Positions 57,516 to 64,000 of a DNA stretch of 64,000 bases are shown piece by piece; the first letter of the stretch is position 1; every line of letters starts with the position of its first letter. The DNA comes from Nitrosopumilaceae archaeon. Lineage in GTDB: Archaea > Thermoproteota > Nitrososphaeria > Nitrososphaerales > Nitrosopumilaceae. Where the stretch lies: assembly GCA_965203465.1 (NCBI GenBank), contig CBDBCR010000002.1, positions 1 to 64,000 of the forward strand, written 5' to 3'. The notes beneath the pieces were generated by a model. That model worked only from the letters and a program-made list of their open reading frames with translations, was not told where the DNA came from and searched no databases. Made by a program: the position numbers and the translations under genes.

Positions 57516-57748
57516 ATAAGGCGCTCCTTTATGTCGCCAAGAGCTGGGAACCAGAGTCGGAGGGCTACACATCCATACTACACGCTATAATCGAGTACAT
57601 AAAGACCGGCGACACGGATATCCTGGAGGCGCTTCACAAAGATGTTCGGGGTTTGGTGGTAGGCATAGCAGAGACAATCTTGAGAACACAAAAATTTCAA
57701 AACATCCCCCTATTCGAGGACAACTTGAAAGAGCGATTTTTGGACTGA
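57512..57748 (+). CDS. hypothetical protein or gene fragment in low-GC islet
   Basis: 78-aa ORF overlapping the ATPase remnant stop. Confidence 0.35.
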   Translation: MNKALLYVAKSWEPESEGYTSILHAIIEYIKTGDTDILEALHKDVRGLVVGIAETILRTQKFQNIPLFEDNLKERFLD

Positions 57749-57882
57749 TCAAGATGAATGGTGTGCGATTCAAAACAGTATCGATTTTGACTCTTCTGGC
57801 CGTGTGCGATTTCTCCTCGCCTGTCTGATACGTGGAGGGAGAGGCTAATTTTCAATATCATCTAGAATAGTTTAACTGTCTA

Positions 57883-57980
57883 GGCTTTATTCGACAATTC
57901 GTATTTTCGTGCCTACGTAGACGGATCGGCCAAAAAACGGCTCCGCTCAGACACGGATCGAAGAATTACCGAACAAAGCC
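57883..57980. mobile_element. 98-bp MITE, IS5-family-like
   Basis: 18-bp TIRs GGCTTTATTCGACAATTC / GAATTACCGAACAAAGCC (15/18); flanks ACTGTCTA / ACTGCCTA (7/8). Confidence 0.75.
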
Positions 57981-58098
57981 ACTGCCTAGGAACCGATCTT
58001 GCCGACCCGATCTGCCGTAGGCGGACAGGATCCGAAAACCGATCTCTGCTTCTAGAAAAGGCGCAAGCTTGTTAAACCGCCCGCCCCCGGCGCGCCCC

Positions 58099-58383
58099 GT
58101 GATAGTGGTGACTGGCCGGTTCCGGGCCTCCGCGGGATCCGAAGCGCAGCTCGAATCGGCGTTCGCAGAGTCGCAAAAGGCCCTAGGCTCCAGCGAGGGG
58201 CTGCTAGGCAGGCGCCTGTTGCGGGGGCAGGACGGCTCGTACATGGTCATAGTGGAACACCAGAGCCGCCAGACGCTCGAGGCCATGCGCAAGAGCCCCG
58301 AGCACATGCGCTGGCACGCGAAACTCACTTCGCTGATGGACGGCCCGCCGCGGCTCTCAGAGTTCGAGCCGGTAGTACAGTGA
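58099..58383 (+). CDS. antibiotic biosynthesis monooxygenase (ABM)-like protein
   Basis: F...GSE..LE..F, G.L...L, SPEH pattern. Confidence 0.75.
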   Translation: MIVVTGRFRASAGSEAQLESAFAESQKALGSSEGLLGRRLLRGQDGSYMVIVEHQSRQTLEAMRKSPEHMRWHAKLTSLMDGPPRLSEFEPVVQ

Positions 58384-58984
58384 CGCGTCCGCCGCGCACG
58401 CGCACGCGCCCGTCGGCGAACAGCCCGACCGCCTCTGGGTATATGCGGTGCTCTGCGCGCAGTATCCTGGCGGATAGCGAATCGGGCGTGTCGCCATGCT
58501 TGACGGGCACCGCCGCCTGCGATATTATGGGGCCCGTGTCGGTGCCCTCGTCTACGAGGTGGACAGTGCAGCCACTCACCCGCGCGCCTCCCTCCAGCGC
58601 CTGCCTCTGCGCCCCGAGGCCCGGAAACGCGGGGAGCAGAGACGGGTGCACGTTGAGCACGCGGTTGCGGTACCTTGCCACGAAGCGCGGCCCGAGCACC
58701 CTCATGAAACCTGCAAGGCAGACCAGGCCTGAGCGCGGCGTCACGCCAAACGAGGACAGCTCTTCTGATACCAGCCGGTCGTACCGCTCGCGCGTGCCCG
58801 CAAAGCCCTTGGAGGGGACCACCCGAACCGGCACGCCCATCTTCTCGGCGCGCGCTAGGCCGGCGGCCTCCGGCCTGTTGGATATGACTACGGCCGGCTC
58901 GGCGCGTATCCTGCCTTTTCTGACGGCCCGCAGTATGGCCGACATGTTGCTGCCCCTCCCAGAGATCAGTATTCCGAGGCGCAA
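58325..58984 (-). CDS. purN: phosphoribosylglycinamide formyltransferase
   Basis: LISGRGSNM, LAGFMRVL, NVHPSLLPAFPG, GCTVH.VD...DTGPII. Confidence 0.95.
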   Translation of the reverse strand: MRLGILISGRGSNMSAILRAVRKGRIRAEPAVVISNRPEAAGLARAEKMGVPVRVVPSKGFAGTRERYDRLVSEELSSFGVTPRSGLVCLAGFMRVLGPRFVARYRNRVLNVHPSLLPAFPGLGAQRQALEGGARVSGCTVHLVDEGTDTGPIISQAAVPVKHGDTPDSLSARILRAEHRIYPEAVGLFADGRVRVRGGRVTVLPARTLRAAAGRPSAK

Positions 58985-59057
58985 CGGCCGGCCCCGGACG
59001 GCGCCGGTAAAATAACCTACCCGTTTATATCGTGCCGCCCGGGGGCCTCGGCCGTTC

Positions 59058-60032
59058 TTGGTGTTCGAAGCATCGCCGCTGGGCATCGCGTGCAGGAGCG
59101 GCGATCTGGAAATACTGCTCGATCCGGCCTCCTCGGGCGTGGGCTACAACTTCGTCTCGCACGCGCACGCGGACCACCTGCCACGCGGGGCGCGCGGCAT
59201 GACGGTGTGCTCCGAGCAGACCGAAAAACTGGCGGCCGCGCGCGGCCGCTCGCTGGGGCCGCGGTGCGACATGCCGGAGGCCTCGCTGCACGACGCCGGC
59301 CACGTGCTCGGATCGCGGGGGCTGCTGCTGGACGGCGACTTTTACACCGGCGACATATGCACGCGCGACCGCGGGTTCCTGCGCGGCGCGCGCGTCCCGC
59401 GGTGCCGCACCCTCTTGACCGAGTGCACGTTCGGCCTGCCCGAGTTCGTCTTCCCGCCGGTGGCCCAGACGCGCAAGCTGGTCGACGAGCTGATATCTCG
59501 CATGTACTCGCGCGGCGCGCCCGTGGTCCTCATGGGCTACCAGCTGGGCAAGTCGCAGACGCTGGCAGACCTGTTCGGCCACTGGGATCCGATGTACCTC
59601 CACGATTCGGTGCTCGAGATGCACGAGCTGCACCGCAGGCTGGGCGCGCCGCTCAGGGAGCGTATAGGGTACTCTGAGGCGCGGGCCCGGGGCCTGCTGC
59701 GCCGCCGGCCGTGGGTGATGGTCTCGCCGGTGCTCGGCGAGCAGGATCCGTTCGTGCGCTCCATGAGGTCGTACGGCGCCGTCACCGTCGGGTTCAGCGG
59801 CTGGTACAGCTCGGGGCGGTTCGGCGTCGGGCGCAGGTGCGACTATTCGTTCCCCCTCAGCGACCACTGCGATTTTCCGGATCTGGTCAGGATGGTGGTG
59901 CGCTCGGGCGCGCAGAAAGTGCGCACCGTCCACGGCTTCGTCGATGAGTTCGCCGCCCACCTGCGCTCGCAGGGCATAGACGCTTCGCCTATGTCCGTGC
60001 CGGCAAGAACGCGGCGCACCCGCACCCGCTGA
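59058..60032 (+). CDS. MBL-fold (beta-CASP-like) nuclease
   Basis: SHAHADH, AGHVLGS, YTGD, ECTFG, GKSQ, LSDHCD, VHG. Confidence 0.88.
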   Translation: MVFEASPLGIACRSGDLEILLDPASSGVGYNFVSHAHADHLPRGARGMTVCSEQTEKLAAARGRSLGPRCDMPEASLHDAGHVLGSRGLLLDGDFYTGDICTRDRGFLRGARVPRCRTLLTECTFGLPEFVFPPVAQTRKLVDELISRMYSRGAPVVLMGYQLGKSQTLADLFGHWDPMYLHDSVLEMHELHRRLGAPLRERIGYSEARARGLLRRRPWVMVSPVLGEQDPFVRSMRSYGAVTVGFSGWYSSGRFGVGRRCDYSFPLSDHCDFPDLVRMVVRSGAQKVRTVHGFVDEFAAHLRSQGIDASPMSVPARTRRTRTR

Positions 60033-60240
60033 CCGTGCAGGCCCCCGAGCCGCGGGCGTGCTCGTGATCCGGGTGCGCGCACCCCTCGCCCGAGCATGTC
60101 CTCCTCGAGATCTCTTTGCGTACTACGTTGCGCGCTATCCTGTTGGCGTCCTCCCTGCTGCGGTTCTTGCGCACCATGTAGTAGTGAGCTATCCTTCCGT
60201 AGAGCCGGTCTGGATCGAGCCGGCGCACCGCGGGCCACAT
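59989..60240 (-). CDS. small protein with C-terminal Cys/His finger
   Basis: C....CAHP..EH...G.C....C.C..F; ATTATA box upstream. Confidence 0.7.
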   Translation of the reverse strand: MWPAVRRLDPDRLYGRIAHYYMVRKNRSREDANRIARNVVRKEISRRTCSGEGCAHPDHEHARGSGACTVSGCGCAAFLPART

Positions 60241-60331
60241 GGAACACGTAGCGCGCCGCTCGTATAATAACGGTCCCGGGCGGCAACCGTAAGGATGTTA
60301 GGGTTATAACGCCTGCGCGCGTGCCGGAGGC

Positions 60332-61387
60332 GTGGGGCTAGCGCGGTTCGTCTCGGTACGGCTGGCTACGATGGCTGCGGTGCTGCTGGCCACGCTGCTG
60401 GTCACGGTGCTCGCGGTCGGCTCCAACATGGATTCGGTGCTGCAGCACGGGGTCGCCGTGCAGGTCCGCGCCGAGGTCTCGTCCAACCCGTCCATCGCGG
60501 CCGGCTTCGAGGACACGGCCGCCTTCGAGGCGTACGTGCAGGATCTGATAGACGCGCGCACCGCCGCGCTGGGCCTCGACGAGCCGTGGTACTCGCCGCA
60601 GAGGGTGGGGCCCACGATGTACCGGATACTGGTGCTCGACTTTGGGCACGCGACGTTCCTGACCGGCGATTCGGGCTCTACGGACGTGCGCGAGATAATC
60701 TACGAAAAGCTGCCGCGCACGGTCTTGCTCTTCACCACGGCCACCGTCGTGATATCGCTCATCGGGATATTCGCCGGGGCCTCTTCTGCCTCGCGGCCCG
60801 GCTCGCCCGCAGACAGGGCGACTTCGGCGTTTGCGGTGCTCAGCTCCAGCTTTCCGGTCTGGTGGGTGGGCCTCTTGATGATATTCGCGTTCTCGTTCAC
60901 CTACCAGGTGTTCCCGGCCCGCGCCACGCCGGATCTGCCGCCCGGCGATCCGGGGTACGTGCCGGCGCTACTCTACCACATGGCCCTGCCGCTCATCACC
61001 CTCGTGCTGATAGGGTTCGGCTCGTGGGCGTACCTGGTGCGCAACTTCATGGTGGGGATAATGCAGGAGGACTTTGTGGCCGCAAAGCGCGCGGCCGGCG
61101 TGCCCCGCAGGCGCCTGCTGTACCGGCACGCGCTGCGAAACGCCGCGCCGCCCATAGCCACGGTCATGGCGCTGAGCCTGTCCGGCTCGCTCGGCGGGGC
61201 CATAATAACCGAGGCCGTCTTCGACTGGCCCGGCATGGGGAGGCTGTACTTTGAGGCCATATCGGTCATGGACCTGCCCGTCATCATCGGCTCGACGTAC
61301 GTGCTGACCGCGTTCTTCCTTTCCAGCGTGCTGGCAGCCGACCTGCTCTACGGGTACCTCGACCCGCGCGTGAGGTCGGGGCGTTGA
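60332..61387 (+). CDS. peptide/nickel ABC transporter permease (DppB-like)
   Basis: LDFG, LPRT, FPVWW.GL, EDFV..KRA.G, HALRNA, EAVFDWPGMG. Confidence 0.93.
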   Translation: MGLARFVSVRLATMAAVLLATLLVTVLAVGSNMDSVLQHGVAVQVRAEVSSNPSIAAGFEDTAAFEAYVQDLIDARTAALGLDEPWYSPQRVGPTMYRILVLDFGHATFLTGDSGSTDVREIIYEKLPRTVLLFTTATVVISLIGIFAGASSASRPGSPADRATSAFAVLSSSFPVWWVGLLMIFAFSFTYQVFPARATPDLPPGDPGYVPALLYHMALPLITLVLIGFGSWAYLVRNFMVGIMQEDFVAAKRAAGVPRRRLLYRHALRNAAPPIATVMALSLSGSLGGAIITEAVFDWPGMGRLYFEAISVMDLPVIIGSTYVLTAFFLSSVLAADLLYGYLDPRVRSGR

Positions 61388-62706
61388 GGCCGGCGCTTCT
61401 GCAAAGCCGCCAAGGCATCGCGGGCGCCGGCCTGCTGGCCGCGCTGACCGCGCTCTCGGCCCTGACCGTCGCCGCCGTGCCCCCCCAGGCCATGTCGGAC
61501 TGGAACGATCCGTCCGCCTGGCTTGGCTACCCCAAGGCGGCGATGCCCGCTTGGGCCAACGCCCTCCAAGCGGAGCGCGCGGCCGAACACCTGGTCGTCG
61601 ACGGGGCCGTCTCGGGCTCCGCCGGCGGGGCGCTTCACCACACGCTGGCCGTCCACCGCATCGACTTTGACTACGATTCGTACCCGGGCGGGTTCATGCA
61701 CGTGCTCGAGGCCGGCTACGGCGACCCGCCGCTCATGGTGCTCAGCGTCGAGCGGCCCGACGGGACTGAGCTGGAGCTGATGCGCTCGCAGCTGGCCCCG
61801 TCGCAGGCGCACGCGCAGCGCTCGTTCTCGACGGATCCGGCCGTGCGCAGCGGGCTGGCCATGCAGTCAGGAAAGCTAGGCTTCGATCCGTCCGGAATGG
61901 CGCCGGCCGAGGCGGTCTTTTCCGACGGCGAGGGCGTGCTAAAGGGCACGTACCTGTTCACTGCCCGGATCTTCTCGGAGGGGCCGCTGGAGGTGCGCTC
62001 CTCGTCGCTGGTGCTCGGCGGCAGGGCCTTCGGCCTGATGGGCACCGACGAGCTGCGCCGCGACCTCGCGATCGGGCTGCTGTGGGGGACACCGCTTGCG
62101 CTCTTTGTTGGCGTGACCGTCTCGGTGGGCTCGGTCGCCGCCGGCCTGGCCTACGGGCTGTACGCGGGGTACCGCGGCGGCCTGACCGACGAGGCGCTAA
62201 TGCGGGCCAACGACGTGGTGTACGCCCTGCCTGCCCTGCCCTTCCTGATAATACTGGCCGCGGCCGTGAGCACGAGCATATTCGTCATGGTCGGGTTTTT
62301 GATGCTGTTCGGGTGGGTCGGGATAGCCAAGGTGTCGCGGAGCATGGCCATGCAGCTGAGGACGCGCGGCTACGTAGAGGCCGCGCGCGCGATGGGGCAG
62401 CGCGACCGCGTCGTCATGCTGCGCCACATGCTGCCGCAGCTGCTCCCGTACGCGTTCGCCAGCATCGCCATATCGGTGCCGGCAGCCGTGACCACCGAGG
62501 CCGGCCTCAGCTTCCTCGGCCTCGGCGATCCGTCGTACCCCACGTGGGGGCAGATGCTGCACGACGCGAGCTCGTACGGGGCGGCCGCGCGCGGGCTGTG
62601 GTGGTGGGTGGTGCCGCCCGGCCTGATGATAGCCGTCACGGGGCTCGCGTTCGTGCTGATAGGGAACGCGCTCGACCCGGTGGCCAACCCGCGGCTCAGG
62701 AAATAG
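61384..62706 (+). CDS. peptide/nickel ABC transporter permease (DppC-like)
   Basis: MGTDELRRD, YVEAARAMG, EAGLSFLGLG, WWWVVPPG. Confidence 0.93.
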   Translation: MRPALLQSRQGIAGAGLLAALTALSALTVAAVPPQAMSDWNDPSAWLGYPKAAMPAWANALQAERAAEHLVVDGAVSGSAGGALHHTLAVHRIDFDYDSYPGGFMHVLEAGYGDPPLMVLSVERPDGTELELMRSQLAPSQAHAQRSFSTDPAVRSGLAMQSGKLGFDPSGMAPAEAVFSDGEGVLKGTYLFTARIFSEGPLEVRSSSLVLGGRAFGLMGTDELRRDLAIGLLWGTPLALFVGVTVSVGSVAAGLAYGLYAGYRGGLTDEALMRANDVVYALPALPFLIILAAAVSTSIFVMVGFLMLFGWVGIAKVSRSMAMQLRTRGYVEAARAMGQRDRVVMLRHMLPQLLPYAFASIAISVPAAVTTEAGLSFLGLGDPSYPTWGQMLHDASSYGAAARGLWWWVVPPGLMIAVTGLAFVLIGNALDPVANPRLRK

Positions 62707-63013
62707 ACGCGCGCAGGGATTCCAGCGCGCCGTCGGTCAGGCGCACCGTGTACGTGGCGCAGTCGGGATCCGCCCCCTTTAGTGCGGCGAGCCTCTCCGC
62801 GAATTCGGTCTTTTCCTTTTCGACCGCGCCGGCTTCGTGGGCGCATATGTTGAAGGGCTTTAGAACCATGCCGCCTGCGCGCAGCTTGCCGATGAACGTG
62901 CGGTACCCGTCGGTGTCGTCCCACCGCCGGCCGGCGTCCTCGCAGGCGGCTATCCAGACATCTATGCTGTTGTGGAACAGCACCTTTCTGCGCAGCGCCT
63001 CGAGCGACATCAA
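62696..63013 (-). CDS. hypothetical protein
   Basis: KVLFHNS.DVW...FNICAHE; coupled to upstream gene. Confidence 0.7.
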   Translation of the reverse strand: MMSLEALRRKVLFHNSIDVWIAACEDAGRRWDDTDGYRTFIGKLRAGGMVLKPFNICAHEAGAVEKEKTEFAERLAALKGADPDCATYTVRLTDGALESLRASIS

Positions 63014-63330
63014 AAGTCAGCCCGCTGCATCTTGGAGCCGCACCTCGGGCACGAGCCGCCCCGGTGCTTGTGGTTGCACGCGAGGCAGACGTATCTTACG
63101 CTGCTGCCGCCGCCCTGCCCCATGCCGAAGAACCCGCCCAGCCCGGTGCCCTGCCCGGAGCCGTAGCCGCGCATCCTGCTCATGTACCTGCGCCTCATGA
63201 ACATGGGGAACGCGATGAACAGGGCCAGGGCTATGACAAGGCCGTACGGAAAGGGCAGTATGATCTGGAGGCCTATGCTTATGGCAAGGGAGGCGAACAG
63301 GAATATGAGGTGGCCCTTGTAGCTGAGCAA
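63010..63330 (-). CDS. two-TM protein with Gly-rich linker and zinc ribbon
   Basis: ILPFPYGL TM hairpin; YVCLAC...CPRCGS. Confidence 0.75.
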   Translation of the reverse strand: MLSYKGHLIFLFASLAISIGLQIILPFPYGLVIALALFIAFPMFMRRRYMSRMRGYGSGQGTGLGGFFGMGQGGGSSVRYVCLACNHKHRGGSCPRCGSKMQRADF

Positions 63331-63471
63331 CGCCCGTCGGGACGGCTGAAAACATAAAAAGATTGCGAAGCGCCGATCCTTACGGTGGCAAGTTCCGGGC
63401 GCGCCGGCAGGGACGGCGGTTCGGCAACGCCGCCTTGAAGGTATATAAGAGATTACCGCGAGGCGCACACG

Positions 63472-64000
63472 GTGAAGCACGCGCAGATGGTGGCGAGCGG
63501 GACGGTTCAAGGCGTCGCGTTCCGTTATCAGACAAGCATGATCGCACGGAAATTGGGCTTGACTGGGCACGTCAAAAACTTGGACGACGGCACGGTGGAG
63601 ATAGTGTGCGAGGGCGGCCAGGACGCCATAGATGCGCTGATTGAAAGTATACGCGTCTTGGCGCCGCCCATAGAAGTTCGGGATGTACAGACCACGTACT
63701 CTGACGCCAAAGGTCTCACAAAATTCGAAATAATCGCGGGCGACCTCGCACAGGAAATGGTTGCGGGGTTTGGAACCGGAGCAGCGTACATAAACAAGAT
63801 GCTGGAAAAGCAGGACAAGACGCTTGACGAGATACGGAGCATTGGAGAAAGGCAGGACAAGACGCTGGAAAAGCAGGACAAGACGCTTGACGAGATACGG
63901 AGCATTGGAGAAAGGCAGGACAAGACGCTGGAAAAGCAGGACAAGACGCTTGACGAGATACGGAGCATTGGAGAAAGGCAGGACAAGACGCTTGACGAGA
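63472..64000 (+). CDS. acylphosphatase with C-terminal heptad-repeat tail (runs off the window)
   Basis: SGTVQGVAFR, GLTGHVKNLDDGTVEIVCEG; TATATAA 24 nt upstream; absent from ORF track because no stop. Confidence 0.88.
   Translation, partial: MKHAQMVASGTVQGVAFRYQTSMIARKLGLTGHVKNLDDGTVEIVCEGGQDAIDALIESIRVLAPPIEVRDVQTTYSDAKGLTKFEIIAGDLAQEMVAGFGTGAAYINKMLEKQDKTLDEIRSIGERQDKTLEKQDKTLDEIRSIGERQDKTLEKQDKTLDEIRSIGERQDKTLDE
63801..64000. repeat. 63-bp coding tandem repeat (LEKQDKTLDEIRSIGERQDKT)
   Basis: GCTGGAAAAGCAGGACAAG at 63801, 63864 and 63927. Confidence 0.95.

Noticed and set aside
57755-57815. GTGTGCGATT direct repeat around a short hairpin
   Set aside because: Too short and weak to call a third mobile element.
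1-64000. tRNA/rRNA genes
   Set aside because: No cloverleaf with a T-loop GTTCRA consensus or rRNA-like segment was seen by eye; tRNAscan-SE/Infernal would be decisive.

Overview
This is a gene-dense, very GC-rich archaeal chromosome segment. The gene content points to Nitrososphaerota (Thaumarchaeota), most likely a high-GC Nitrosopumilaceae/Cenarchaeum-like lineage: thaumarchaeosortase, a CFI-box-CTERM protein, archaeal EF-2/EF-1a, Rpo6/7/12, Spt4, proteasome alpha, CofE, and methylmalonyl-CoA mutase/epimerase/MeaB. Most of it is housekeeping (translation, transcription, GatCAB, folate/purine, PPDK, H+-PPase, peptide ABC permeases). I found no tRNA, rRNA or CRISPR array. Four visibly lower-GC accessory islets stand out: (i) ~13.9-15.0 kb, a DUF3037 gene with a decayed kinase-like partner; (ii) ~43.15-44.7 kb, a 110-bp-period array of a 25-bp palindrome running into the start codon of an AAA+/winged-helix archaeal ATPase; (iii) ~56.7-58.05 kb, a second, dead ATPase gene hit in its Walker A motif by a 79-bp TA-duplicating MITE, with a second 98-bp MITE nearby; (iv) the window end, an acylphosphatase with 63-bp tandem repeats. 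In addition, a three-gene module at 25.5-27.5 kb (secreted repeat protein, wHTH regulator, membrane protein) carries the same AACA-N-TGTT palindrome upstream of each gene. The best candidates for an undescribed system are the palindrome array plus ATPase and the AACA-N-TGTT module. Family assignments come from motif recognition only; no database search was run.
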